Positions 1-9,874 of a stretch of 64,000 bases of DNA are shown here, in pieces. The notes under the pieces were generated by a model. That model was not told where the DNA came from. It saw only the letters and a program-made list of their open reading frames with translations, and ran no database searches. A program made the position numbers and the translations under genes. Source of the DNA: Armatimonadota bacterium (GTDB lineage Bacteria; Armatimonadota; SYMT01); contig JAWLHY010000003.1 of assembly GCA_041690135.1 (NCBI GenBank), forward strand, positions 800,001 through 864,000, written 5' to 3'. Position 1 is the first letter of the stretch, and each line of letters opens with the position of its first letter.

Positions 1-1099
1 CGGCACGCAGGGAAGCCTGCCGACGCATCCGGAGTTGTTGGACTGGTTGGCGACTGCGTTTTCTAGCACAACTTCGGTCCCCTTTACGCAAGGGAGCAGG
101 GGGCAGGGCGCAAGGGAGCCTGGTGACCAAACCGTACCCGCTTTGGCAGGACGCAAGGGAGCAGAGGCGCAGGGGGAAAGCGAGACGCGGATCTTGCGGA
201 CCGCAGCAGCTTCTGATCCCCGGGGTTCGAATTACCGGGTGCCCTCCGGCCGACGCAATACGAATTACGCACAAAAGGCCCGGTTAACCGCAGCAGCTTC
301 TGATCCCCGGGGTTCGGGTTACGCAAAACGCAATACGCAATACGCATTGGGTTGGGATTCCAAAGCGCTCCTGAAGCTCATCGTGACCTCCGCCACCTAC
401 CGGCAGTCGTCGCGGGTGACGCCGGAGGGGCTGCAGAAGGACCCGCGCAACACCTGGCTGTCTCGGTTCCCGCGGAAGCGGTTGGACGCGGAGACGGTGC
501 GGGACCAGGCCCTGGCGCTGAGCGGGCTGCTCTCCCGCAAGATCGGCGGGCCGTCGGTCTACCCGCCGCAGCCGGACGGCCTCTGGCGCGCCGCTTTCAA
601 CGGGCAGCGCAACTGGCCCACCAGCACCGGGGAGGACCGCTACCGGCGCGGCCTCTACACCTTCTGGCGGCGGACGGTCCCGTACCCCAGCATGGCGACC
701 TTCGACGCGCCCAGCCGCGAGATCTGCACGGTCCGGCGCCTCCCCACCAATACGCCGCTGCAGGCACTGGTGACCTTGAATGACCCCGCGTTCGTGGAGA
801 TGTCGCAGGCGCTGGGGCGGCGAATCCTGCGCGAGGGCGGCGCCACGCCGGCGGAGCGAGCCCGGTTCGCACTGCGGCTGGCCCTGGCCCGGCCGCCGCA
901 GCCGGAGCAGGTCCGGACCGTCGTGGCGCTCTACGAGAAGGAGCGGGAACACTACCGTACCCGCACTGCGGAAGCGGTGAAGCTGGCGGCGGACCCCCTG
1001 GGCCCCCTGCCGGAAGGAACCGACTCCGCAGAAGCGGCCGCCTGGACCGTGGTCGCGAATGTCCTCCTCAACCTGGACGGGGTGCTGAGCCGGAATTGA
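1..1099 (+). CDS. PSD1/DUF1553 domain protein, C-terminal part (5' end outside window), carrying a ~95-aa in-frame insertion
   Basis: Frame open from the window edge: GTQGSLPTHPELLDWLA...GWDSKALLKLIVTSATYRQSS...RLDAETVRDQAL...YRRGLYTFWRRT...FDAPSREIC...TNTPLQALVTLND, typical DUF1553 motifs. Confidence 0.9.
   Translation, partial: GTQGSLPTHPELLDWLATAFSSTTSVPFTQGSRGQGAREPGDQTVPALAGRKGAEAQGESETRILRTAAASDPRGSNYRVPSGRRNTNYAQKARLTAAASDPRGSGYAKRNTQYALGWDSKALLKLIVTSATYRQSSRVTPEGLQKDPRNTWLSRFPRKRLDAETVRDQALALSGLLSRKIGGPSVYPPQPDGLWRAAFNGQRNWPTSTGEDRYRRGLYTFWRRTVPYPSMATFDAPSREICTVRRLPTNTPLQALVTLNDPAFVEMSQALGRRILREGGATPAERARFALRLALARPPQPEQVRTVVALYEKEREHYRTRTAEAVKLAADPLGPLPEGTDSAEAAAWTVVANVLLNLDGVLSRN
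62..346 (+). repeat. In-frame repeat-derived insertion, copy 1
   Basis: Contains CCGCAGCAGCTTCTGATCCCCGGGGTTCG twice and ACGCAAT heptamer runs; homologous to 25700-25950 on the minus strand. Confidence 0.8.
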
Positions 1100-1210
1100 G
1101 AGTGGGGTCCTCCGGCTGGATAGCGTGGGACACTCGCAAGCACCCGATCGAACTGCTACGCTAATGGCAGCCGGATACCCACTCAAGGACCGACCTTGGG
1201 AGTTCACCAC

Positions 1211-2518
1211 ATGTTCCTCAGGCGCCTCCAACTCACCAACGTCCGCAGTATCGAGCACCTGGATATCTGCTTCGATGCCCCCGCTGATGCCCAGAAGCGG
1301 GGAACGCGGAAGTGGACCCTTCTCCTGGGAGAGAATGGGACCGGCAAGACATGCATCCTCAAGTCCATTGCACTGATCGTCGCCGGAAGTGAGGCCCTGC
1401 CGGAGTTGCTGGCATTCCCGGACCACTGGATCCGCCTGGGACAGAAGGAGTGCTCGCTGGAAGCCGAGCTGGTTACCGCGGAGGGCGAGGAGCGACAGAT
1501 TGCGCTCCGCTGGTCCCGGGGAGAGCACGTCCGCGATATTTTCCAGCGCAACGCAGACGCGATGGACCGGCTGGACGCGGCACTGCGCCACACCAACCGG
1601 AACTACTTCACGCTGGGTTACGGGGCGACGCGCCGCCTCGCGGGCTCGCGCTCGACCAGCCCGGCCGGAGAGGTGTTTCGCCACCCGCGCGCGCAAAGCG
1701 TCGGCACGCTGTTCTCCAACGACGCGGTGCTGAACCCCCTCGATACCTGGGCGATGGACCTGGAGTACCGGAAGAGCCAGGCCGGCCTCTCCATCGTGAA
1801 GGACACCCTCGGGGACCTCCTGCCGGGCCTGACGCTCTCCCGCATCGATCGCGAGAGCCGGGAGTTGCTCTTCCACACTCCGGACGGCGAGTTGCCCCTC
1901 GCGCAGCTTAGCGAGGGTTACCAGAACATGGCCGCCTGGTGCGGCGACCTCCTCTACCGGATCACCGAGACCTACCAGGACTACCGCCATCCCCTCCGAG
2001 CCCGCGGCCTGCTGCTGGTTGACGAGATCGACCTGCACCTGCATCCGGTGTGGCAGCGGGTCCTCAAGAAGTTCCTGGACCAGAAGCTGACCAATTTCCA
2101 GGTGATCGCCACGACCCACTCGCCCCTCACCGCGCAGCAAGCCGGCGAAGGGGAACTCTACTTCCTCCAGCGGGACCATGGCCGCGGCCCCTCCCGCCTC
2201 GAGCCGTTCCCGGGGGTTCCCAACCTCTCCCTGGTCCACCAGGTGCTGCTGAGCCCCGCGTTCGGCATTCCGTCCATGAACTCCGAGAAGGTGGAGGAGC
2301 TGAAGCGTGAATACCGGGATCTCCAATCCGCGGATGCGAAGCTGACGCGTACGCAGAAGACCCGGCTCAACCGCATCCGCGAGCAATTGAGCGAAGTTCC
2401 GGATTGGTCCCGGGAAACGCCCACGGACCGGCGGCAGACGGAGCTGCTGTCCCGCATCGAGACCGCGCTGGAAACCCTGCCGGAGTCGCGCAACGGCGGC
2501 CGTCGCAAGACCTCCTGA
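1211..2518 (+). CDS. ABC/AAA_21-type ATPase (PtuA/Septu-like)
   Basis: Walker A GENGTGKT, signature LSEGYQ, Walker B LLVDEIDLHLHPVWQ, H-loop ATTHSP; ATG at 1211. Confidence 0.85.
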   Translation: MFLRRLQLTNVRSIEHLDICFDAPADAQKRGTRKWTLLLGENGTGKTCILKSIALIVAGSEALPELLAFPDHWIRLGQKECSLEAELVTAEGEERQIALRWSRGEHVRDIFQRNADAMDRLDAALRHTNRNYFTLGYGATRRLAGSRSTSPAGEVFRHPRAQSVGTLFSNDAVLNPLDTWAMDLEYRKSQAGLSIVKDTLGDLLPGLTLSRIDRESRELLFHTPDGELPLAQLSEGYQNMAAWCGDLLYRITETYQDYRHPLRARGLLLVDEIDLHLHPVWQRVLKKFLDQKLTNFQVIATTHSPLTAQQAGEGELYFLQRDHGRGPSRLEPFPGVPNLSLVHQVLLSPAFGIPSMNSEKVEELKREYRDLQSADAKLTRTQKTRLNRIREQLSEVPDWSRETPTDRRQTELLSRIETALETLPESRNGGRRKTS

Positions 2519-2531
2519 GTGGCACGCACCC

Positions 2532-3368
2532 ATGATCCGCCTGGAACGAACACGCACCCAAGCGGCGATCTCCGCGGCATTCCGGGGAGAGAAGCGCATT
2601 CTCAAGGCCCTTTCCCTGTTGGTCGAGGCCGGGGCGGAGCGGAAGTTCGACTCCGGTTACTGGAAGGGCGCGAAGAAGCAGCTCAAAAAGGAGTCGTTCG
2701 GAAAGTGCGCTTACTGCGAGGCCCCCACGGACGCGGTCGCGCACGGTGATGTGGAGCATTTCCGGCCGAAGAGCGTTTACTGGTGGCTGGCCTACTGCTA
2801 CGACAACTATCTCTTCTCCTGCCAGATCTGCAACCAGACCTTCAAGAGCGACCACTTTCCCCTGCGGGAAGGCGGTGCGGCGATGCCGGAACCCGGCCTG
2901 CCGCTCGGGGCGGATGACGCGGGAAAGCGGGAGTTCGTCCGCCGCTTCGCGCCCGACCCCCTGGATGAAGCAGAAGGCCAGCCCTGGGTGGAGTTCGCTA
3001 CCCGTTGTTCCGACGAGGGGTGTTTGCTGCTCAATCCCTATACGGACGACCCGGAGAGCCATTTTGCCTGGGAAGCGGACGAAGTACTCCGCGAGGTGGC
3101 CCTGCGCCCCGCCCGGTCCGAGGCGGACCCGTTCTTCCAGGCAGCCGTCCAGTTCTACGGCCTGAACCGTCCCGAGTTGCTGGCTGAGCGGTGGAAAACG
3201 TACCGCATGCTATCCACCCTCCGCAAGACCTTCGCGGCCGAGGAGCTCAACGCAGAACTGCGAACCGCCATCAGCGCGGAGATCCGGCAAATGATGGCCG
3301 CGGAAGAACGGTTTGCCGGTATGTGCCGGTACTTCGTGCGCCAGGTCTGGGCGCTGCCTCTGGAATGA
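2532..3368 (+). CDS. HNH endonuclease (PtuB/TIGR02646-like)
   Basis: CAYCE...DVEHFRPKS...NYLFSCQICNQTFK and LLNPY motifs; 13 bp after the ATPase. Confidence 0.85.
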   Translation: MIRLERTRTQAAISAAFRGEKRILKALSLLVEAGAERKFDSGYWKGAKKQLKKESFGKCAYCEAPTDAVAHGDVEHFRPKSVYWWLAYCYDNYLFSCQICNQTFKSDHFPLREGGAAMPEPGLPLGADDAGKREFVRRFAPDPLDEAEGQPWVEFATRCSDEGCLLLNPYTDDPESHFAWEADEVLREVALRPARSEADPFFQAAVQFYGLNRPELLAERWKTYRMLSTLRKTFAAEELNAELRTAISAEIRQMMAAEERFAGMCRYFVRQVWALPLE

Positions 3369-3476
3369 TCCCCTTGATGTAGGCGGATCTGCGCCGGCGG
3401 GCCGGGGTGTAACTCGATAGCCCTCGCCGGCATCCAAGGAGTACCCGGCCGGTGGGGCCGGGTATTGGAGAAACCG

Positions 3477-4196
3477 ATGCTTTCACGCCGCCGACTGCTG
3501 ATCCTCGCTGCCGCTGCGGCCGCTCTGATTGTGGGAGGGAACCTGCCCGTGCAGGCCAAGCGCACCCCGCCGCCCACCGTGGCGCCCGTCACCGTGGAGG
3601 GCGTGGAATATCGAGTTGCCTACGAGCGGTTCTCGGAGGGGGAGCGCCCGGCCGGGCTGCGGGCGTACCTGCTGGCGACGAAGCCCGGAACGTACACGGA
3701 GCTCTGGAAGACCCGCCTCTATGAGGTACGCTACCAGGGCAACCTCGAGACCGACGTTCAGGACGACTACGTGAAGTCCCTCTCGCGGGAACTCCCGGGC
3801 CTGCTCGCGCTGACGGAAGAGAAACAGGCTTACGTGGTAAACCTCGCCTCACGCGCCGTCAAGCCGTTGCCGCCCGGGAATGGATTGTTCAACTTGCTCG
3901 AAGAGGGTCGAGATCCGGGGCCGGGGAAACGCTTCACGGACGCCCGGGGAGTGCAACGCGACTGCCGGCTCCATCAGATCGCCCTGAAGGAAGACGCGGT
4001 CGGCATCGTGTTCGGCCTCGTGAGCTTCCCGCCGGACGTCTTCCGTGCGATGGTCGAGAAGTTCCCCAACGCTGCCACGGTCAACTACGGCGGCTGTATC
4101 CCCGGTCCCAGCCCGTGGGCGGTGGTGCGCTACTGCCCACGGTGTCGAGAGGCCCAGGAAGCCTGGCTCAAGGAGCGCAACGGGGCCAGGCCCTGA
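3477..4196 (+). CDS. Exported hypothetical protein with Tat-like signal and C-terminal CxxC
   Basis: GGAG before ATG; MLSRRRLLILAAAAAAL signal; GGC...YCPRC near the C-terminus. Confidence 0.65.
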   Translation: MLSRRRLLILAAAAAALIVGGNLPVQAKRTPPPTVAPVTVEGVEYRVAYERFSEGERPAGLRAYLLATKPGTYTELWKTRLYEVRYQGNLETDVQDDYVKSLSRELPGLLALTEEKQAYVVNLASRAVKPLPPGNGLFNLLEEGRDPGPGKRFTDARGVQRDCRLHQIALKEDAVGIVFGLVSFPPDVFRAMVEKFPNAATVNYGGCIPGPSPWAVVRYCPRCREAQEAWLKERNGARP

Positions 4197-4375
4197 TGGG
4201 ATGAAGATAACGATGAGGATGAGGATAAGGATAAAGAGGACTGGCGTTGAAGCCGGTCCTCTTTTCGTTCCGGCGCACCCCACCCTTTCAGGGTGTCTCT
4301 GTGGGTTCTAATCGTAGAAGGGATAAAACCGCAGTGGCAGGGTAGGTTCGGGATAGACAACTCAATTACAGTCCA

Positions 4376-4799
4376 TCACCACTCTCCAAAGTAGAAGCGT
4401 TCCTCTTCGTGGCACAGTGCGAATCGGAAGCGCTCCAGGCAACCTTTCCAACCCAAGACCGAGGGGCCAGGCCAATCCGGGGATACAAACCAGGTGGCAT
4501 CCACGGCAAGAGCTTCACCTTCAGCAGCGAGAAACAGCACCGGAATGCGCTCCAGCCGCCCTTGAAAGACACCGAGCCGTGTCGCCAACCGCTGCGGGTA
4601 TTCGTCCGCGCCATCAAAACCGAGTGCGGCAACCAGGGGAGACGACAACACACCACTCGGCGGCTGTGTCTAGCATGCCGTCCGTTGCACTCGTCATTTC
4701 GCCGATGACGCAGGACACGGCTATGAACATACGGTGTGGCCCGTGGTTTACGTCGCAGCGGTAAGAAGTCCAGCCCTGATACTCCTGAAGGAAGCTCAT
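4376..4799 (-). pseudogene. Retropepsin-like aspartyl protease, frameshifted near 4650
   Basis: ORF 4614..4799 carries MLDTAAEWC; ORF 4376..4651 continues LSSPLVAALG...SVLGWKGCLERFRF...FYFG; ATGA overlap with the upstream gene. Confidence 0.7.
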
Positions 4800-5182
4800 G
4801 GCTGGTCGTCAGGTTGGTAGTGCAGAAACGCGACGTTTCCCTGATGGCCCAGGGTGGTACGAACCGCCTCCTGAACCGTCTCCAGACTCGGGTCCGCGGC
4901 GATCAGCCGGTCCTCGTAGGTGGCAATCCAACAACCCGGATATTCCCGCGCGTGCGCGCGCAGCCACTCATGATCCCGGCGGAAGGAGCGCCCCCGTAAG
5001 CTGGAGTCACCCGAGCGCACCCTCGGCGGCTCCAATACCCCAGCCAGATGCTGTATCTCACGCGATGCCGGCCACCGCAGTGCCAGCTCTGCCGCTAACT
5101 GGCGAGCTTCTTCCACTCGGTGTTCCAGGACGAGGCGACTGAGACGCGCCAGATCCTCCGAAAAACCCGCCTCCTCCTGCAT
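4796..5182 (-). CDS. DUF5678-like small protein
   Basis: WLRAHAREYPGCWIATYEDRLIAAD motif; start uncertain (5182 or slightly upstream). Confidence 0.7.
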   Translation of the reverse strand: MQEEAGFSEDLARLSRLVLEHRVEEARQLAAELALRWPASREIQHLAGVLEPPRVRSGDSSLRGRSFRRDHEWLRAHAREYPGCWIATYEDRLIAADPSLETVQEAVRTTLGHQGNVAFLHYQPDDQP

Positions 5183-5514
5183 GGCAGCTACAAATGCCAC
5201 CTCGCACCTCCCGAAATCCCGACCGAGTACCAACTCGCAGTGATTATACCCGTTTGCGCCTCCCCGGTCGTCCGTGTGTCTAGCAGGGATGTTGGCCAGT
5301 TCCAGGTGCTGCCGGTCCAGGGATTGACCATGTATGCTCCCGAGATTCGCGCGCTCTCGGCGGAGCGGCGGCTGGAGATCCGCGAAGACCGCTAAAACTC
5401 CGCGGGTCCCTTGGGACCACTGCCCGCGACTTCCTACAGATCCACGTGTCAAAAGAGGTAACCGGCAGGCAGGATGGAACCAGAATCGAAGAGATGTCCC
5501 GGAGGAGAGTGTCC

Positions 5515-6978
5515 ATGAACTTCAGGCTGGAACAGGCGAAGGCGATCACCCGACGGACCTTTTTCGGGCAGTCCGGAATGGGCCTGGGTGCGCTGGCGTT
5601 GGGTGCGCTGGTCCAGCGCGAAGGCCATGCCGCGGGTGCGCCCCAACGCCCAGGGGCCGGGGCCCAACGCCACCTCCAGCCGCACCACCGGCCGCGCGCC
5701 AAGTCGGTCATCTACCTCCACATGTCCGGGGCGCCGCCGACCCTGGACCTGTTCGACTACAAGCCCAAGCTGGTCGAGCTCCACATGCAGTCCTGCCCGC
5801 AGTCGCTGTTGGAGGGCCAGCGGTTCGCGTTCATCAAGGGCGTCCCCAAGATGCTGGGCACGCCGCACAAGTTCCAGCGCTACGGCCAGAGCGGGGCCGA
5901 GATCTCCGACCTCCTGCCGCACACCGCTTCCATCGCGGACGACATCGCCATCGTGCGCTCGATGGTGACGGACCAGTTCAACCACGCCCCCGCGGAGCTG
6001 TTCCTCTACACCGGCTCGGCGCGGGCCGGCAACGCCTCCATGGGCTCCTGGCTCACCTACGGGCTGGGGAGCGAGAACCAGGATCTTCCGGGCTTCGTGG
6101 TCCTGCTCTCCGGCGGCACCGACCCCACCGGCGGCAAGAGCCTCTGGAGCAGCGGTTTCCTGCCGTCCGTGCACCAGGGGGTCCAGTGCCGTTCGGCGGG
6201 CGAGCCGATCCTGTTCCTGAACAACCCGGCGGGAATGACCCGCGAGAACCGCCGCCGGAGCCTGGACGCGTTGAACCGGCTGAACGAGCTGGAAGCCCGG
6301 CAGTTCGGAGATCCCGAGACGCTCACCCGCATCCAGCAGTACGAGCTGGCCTACCGGATGCAGATCGCCGTGCCCGAGGTGATGGACATCTCGAAGGAGC
6401 CTAAGCAGATCCAGGAGATGTACGGCGCCAAACCGGGCGAGGCGACGTTCGCCAACAACTGCCTCCTGGCCCGTCGCCTGGTGGAGAAGGGGGTCCGGTA
6501 CGTCCAGCTTTACGACTGGGGCTGGGATATGCACGGCACCGCCCCGGACAACGACCTGGTGACCGGCCTGCCCCGCAAGTGCAAGGACGTGGACCAGGCC
6601 GCCGCCGCCCTGGTAAAAGACCTGAAGCAGCGGGGCCTGCTGGAGGACACCCTGGTGGTGTGGGGCGGCGAGTTCGGACGGACCCCCATGAACGAGGCCC
6701 GCGGCGGCTCCAAGTACCTCGGCCGCGACCACCATCCCCACTGCTTCAGCCTCTGGATGGCCGGCGGCGGCGTCAAGCCGGGCATCACCCACGGCGAGAC
6801 GGACGAGCTGGGCTACGGCGTGGTGAAGGAGAAGGTCACCATCCGCGACCTGCAGGCGACGATCCTCCATCTGATGGGCCTGGACCCCTACCACACCAGC
6901 TACCGTTACCAGGGCCTGGACCAGCGCCTGATCGGCCCCACGAACGAGGGGGTGATACAGACGGCGCTGCTCCGGTAG
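5515..6978 (+). CDS. DUF1501 family protein (sulfatase-like, Tat-like signal)
   Basis: TRRTFF; AKSVIYLHMSGAP..LDLFDYKP; GWDMH; WGGEFGRTP; GRDHHP. Confidence 0.93.
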   Translation: MNFRLEQAKAITRRTFFGQSGMGLGALALGALVQREGHAAGAPQRPGAGAQRHLQPHHRPRAKSVIYLHMSGAPPTLDLFDYKPKLVELHMQSCPQSLLEGQRFAFIKGVPKMLGTPHKFQRYGQSGAEISDLLPHTASIADDIAIVRSMVTDQFNHAPAELFLYTGSARAGNASMGSWLTYGLGSENQDLPGFVVLLSGGTDPTGGKSLWSSGFLPSVHQGVQCRSAGEPILFLNNPAGMTRENRRRSLDALNRLNELEARQFGDPETLTRIQQYELAYRMQIAVPEVMDISKEPKQIQEMYGAKPGEATFANNCLLARRLVEKGVRYVQLYDWGWDMHGTAPDNDLVTGLPRKCKDVDQAAAALVKDLKQRGLLEDTLVVWGGEFGRTPMNEARGGSKYLGRDHHPHCFSLWMAGGGVKPGITHGETDELGYGVVKEKVTIRDLQATILHLMGLDPYHTSYRYQGLDQRLIGPTNEGVIQTALLR

Positions 6979-6983
6979 GGGTG

Positions 6984-9029
6984 TCATTTCCCGGCAGGTG
7001 CATTTCGCACCCCCTTCCAGCACATGGCCCAGCCGGCGGCCAATAAAACCGTGCCAACCAGCAGTTGCGGAACCCAGTGTGCGGGAGCGGCCTGCCCGAT
7101 ACGCGACACGGCTTCCAGATCCAGGGGGCCGCCGCGGGGACCCCAGGCCATGAACGCCAGGAGCGTGGAGTCGTAGACAGCGTGGAGCGCGATGGCCGGG
7201 AAGAGCGAGCCGCCGCGGAGGACGATCCACCCCAGGAGCGCGCCGATCAGCATGCGCGCCGGCACCCCATGGGCGTCCAGGTGGGCGATGGCGAAGAGGA
7301 AGGCCCCAATGCCGATGGCGGTCCACGTCGGCAGCTTGCGGGCCAGGGCCGCCTGGATCGGCCCACGGTAGAGGAGCTCCTCGCTCACCCCGGCCAGGAG
7401 GCCGACCAGCACCACGGTGACGAGTGGATTCCGCTCCAGGTGCGGCCGGAACAGCGCCTCGATCGCCTTCGCGGTCTCCGGATCGCGGGGCCAGAACTGG
7501 TTCTGGAGCCCAGAGAGGGCCTGAATCCACGGGACCAGCCCCAGGCCCAGCAGCACAGAGCCGACCAGCACCAGCAGCACGGGCGGACGCCAGGAGAAGA
7601 CCGCCCGCCAGTCGTAGCGGCCCAGCCAGGCGAACAACAGCGCCGGGCCCGCGACCAGCAGCCCCTGCGTGACGAACAACAGCACGAAGAAGCCGTAGCC
7701 GGCAAACGCGGGGGAGACGTAGAACGTGAGGAGCACCGAGAAGGCGAAGAGCACCAGCGCCTCGTCGGTGGCGGGCAGGCGGGGGCTAGCGGGCCGCGCG
7801 CTGCGGCGGAAGCCCTTGAGCGACAGCGGCTCCCAGGCGGGGTTCACGAGCTGCTCGGTGCTGAACAGGCGGGCCGCGAAACTCAGCATCAGGCCGGCGT
7901 AGAGGCCGGAAGAGGCGAACGCCATAAAAAAGCCGCCCGGCGAGGCGTGGCCCGCCAGCACCTCCCGCATGATCAGGCAGGTGTTGATCAGCGGCATCAC
8001 CAGCAGCCCGGGGGTCGGCTTCGGCTCCGCCAGGCTCACGTAGGTCGGCACGAGCGAGAGGAGCATCACGGGCGTGGCGTAGGAGTTCGCCTCCCGGTAG
8101 TTCCGCGCGAAGAGCCCGACCACCATCACCGCGGCCGCGAAGAAGATGAGCGTGGGCAGGGCCGCCACATAAGTGAGCGCCAGGGCTCCCACGTTCAGTT
8201 GCAGGCTACCCAGCGACTCCCCGCCGCGTCCCCCCATCGAGAAGACCCGCCACAGGACCAGCGCCATGCTGATCAGATTGATCGCGGCGGTGAGCAGCCC
8301 ACAGAGCAGCACCAGCAGCGTCTTCCCCAGGAGCAGCTCCATTTTACTGGTGGGGGTGACGAGCAGCGCCTCCAGGGTGCCCAGCTCTCGCTCCGAGGTG
8401 GTGGCGTTGATCGCCGGAAAGAAGGCCCCGAACATGCCGGTGATGAGCAGCATCGTCGGGAGGAGCATGCCCAGCAGGTTGCCCAGGCGGCGGTCGGCGG
8501 AAGCCACGTCTTCCGTCTCGCTCTCGATTGGGCGCAGTACCGTATCGGGTACGGAGCGCGCCTTCAGGCGTTCCGCGATCACCCAGCGCTCGAACCGCTC
8601 CAGGATCTGCTCCAGCTTCCGCTGCGTGAACGCGGCCGAGGTGCGGCTCCGGTCGATCCGGATCTCGACCTTCACCGCCTCGGTGGCCAGGGCTTTCCGC
8701 TCCAGGTCTTCCGGAACATCCAGAATGGCATCGAGGCGGTTGTCCTTCAAGGCCGCTTCCGGATCGGGTAGCGACTCCAGCGTTACGCCGCTTTCCGGTT
8801 TGCGCAGCTCCTCCACCAGGCGGGGCGCGTCCTCTCCGTTCAGCACGACGACCCGCGAGGGCTTCTCCTGCATCTTGCGGACCGTGGAGGCGCCGATGGA
8901 GGCGGTGCTGAGGGTGAGCAGGGGGTAGAGGAGCACCGGAATCCCGAACATCACCGCGAGGGTGCGGCGGTCGCGCAGGGTTTCCCGCAGCTCCTTCAGG
9001 AAGACTTCCCGGACGATGTCAAACCGCAA
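6984..9029 (-). CDS. ABC transporter permease (NatB-like) fused to a CPBP/Abi intramembrane protease domain
   Basis: KELRETLRDRRT; ERELGTLEALLVTP; EELLYRG, FAIAH and ALHAVYD CPBP motifs; TTG start inferred. Confidence 0.85.
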   Translation of the reverse strand: MRFDIVREVFLKELRETLRDRRTLAVMFGIPVLLYPLLTLSTASIGASTVRKMQEKPSRVVVLNGEDAPRLVEELRKPESGVTLESLPDPEAALKDNRLDAILDVPEDLERKALATEAVKVEIRIDRSRTSAAFTQRKLEQILERFERWVIAERLKARSVPDTVLRPIESETEDVASADRRLGNLLGMLLPTMLLITGMFGAFFPAINATTSERELGTLEALLVTPTSKMELLLGKTLLVLLCGLLTAAINLISMALVLWRVFSMGGRGGESLGSLQLNVGALALTYVAALPTLIFFAAAVMVVGLFARNYREANSYATPVMLLSLVPTYVSLAEPKPTPGLLVMPLINTCLIMREVLAGHASPGGFFMAFASSGLYAGLMLSFAARLFSTEQLVNPAWEPLSLKGFRRSARPASPRLPATDEALVLFAFSVLLTFYVSPAFAGYGFFVLLFVTQGLLVAGPALLFAWLGRYDWRAVFSWRPPVLLVLVGSVLLGLGLVPWIQALSGLQNQFWPRDPETAKAIEALFRPHLERNPLVTVVLVGLLAGVSEELLYRGPIQAALARKLPTWTAIGIGAFLFAIAHLDAHGVPARMLIGALLGWIVLRGGSLFPAIALHAVYDSTLLAFMAWGPRGGPLDLEAVSRIGQAAPAHWVPQLLVGTVLLAAGWAMCWKGVRNAPAGK

Positions 9030-9777
9030 CGGCGGCCTCCGTATCGGCGGAGCGGACCAGCTTGAAGAAGGCCTCCCGCAGGGTCGGCGTACCGGTGGCG
9101 GCACGCAGGTCGTCGATGGTGCCCTCGGCCACCACCCGGCCGCTGGAGATCACCCCCAGCCGGGAACAGAGTTGTTGGGCCTGCTCCAGCAGGTGCGTGG
9201 AAAAGAGGACGCACTTCCCCGCCTGGGCCAGGGAGCGGACCGCCTCCTCGACGACCTGGGAGACCACGGGGTCGAGGCCCGTGGTCGGCTCGTCCAGGAT
9301 CCAGACCGGCGGGTCGTGCACCACGGAGCGGGCCAGGGAAACCCGCTGCTTCATGCCCGTGGAGAGGCGGTCGTTCGGACGATCCGCATAGCTGTTCATC
9401 TCGAAGAGCCGGAGCATCTCCTCCACGCGCGTTTCCAGTGCCCTCCCCTTCATTCCGTGCATGGACCCGAAGAACCGCAGCGTTTCGCGGGGGGTCAGCC
9501 GGCCATAGAGCCCGCTCCCGGCCGCCAGGAAGCCGATGGCGTGCCGGACCGCTTCCGGCTCCCGCACCACGTCATGTCCCGCGATATGCGCCGAACCCCC
9601 CGTGGGCGTGAGGATGGTCGCCAGGCAGCGGAGCGTGGTGGTCTTTCCCGCGCCGTTCGGCCCGAGGAGCCCGTAGACCTCGCCGGGGTAGCAGGTGAGC
9701 GTGGCCTCAGCCACCGCGACGATCTCTCCGCCGTCGGGATCTTCGTAAACTTTGGACAGGTTGCGGACTTCGATCAT
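9019..9777 (-). CDS. ABC transporter ATP-binding protein (NatA-like)
   Basis: GPNGAGKTT, LSTGMKQ, ILDEPTTGLD, STH. Confidence 0.92.
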   Translation of the reverse strand: MIEVRNLSKVYEDPDGGEIVAVAEATLTCYPGEVYGLLGPNGAGKTTTLRCLATILTPTGGSAHIAGHDVVREPEAVRHAIGFLAAGSGLYGRLTPRETLRFFGSMHGMKGRALETRVEEMLRLFEMNSYADRPNDRLSTGMKQRVSLARSVVHDPPVWILDEPTTGLDPVVSQVVEEAVRSLAQAGKCVLFSTHLLEQAQQLCSRLGVISSGRVVAEGTIDDLRAATGTPTLREAFFKLVRSADTEAAVAV

Positions 9778-9874
9778 GGAGGTGCAGGTTCCGTATTGCG
9801 GAGGAGACAACTTGATGATTGGGCGGGAAGGCCCGGAAGGCAAGAGCCTTTCGCGAGTGATCCGGGGGAACTGT

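Noticed and set aside
62-346. Intein or self-splicing intron explanation for the in-frame inserts
   Set aside because: No C-terminal His-Asn or HINT blocks, too short, and no group I/II intron hallmarks that I can recognise; not excluded experimentally
1100-1210. Retron (Ec78-like) around the ATPase+HNH pair
   Set aside because: No reverse transcriptase (YADD) gene in the window and no clear msr-msd inverted repeats
284-2605. 773-aa minus-strand ORF and similar long antisense ORFs (5449..7530, 17164..18762, 19109..20626, 22706..24391, 40965..42482, 60021..61736)
   Set aside because: Shadow frames opposite well-supported genes in high-GC DNA; no recognisable motifs
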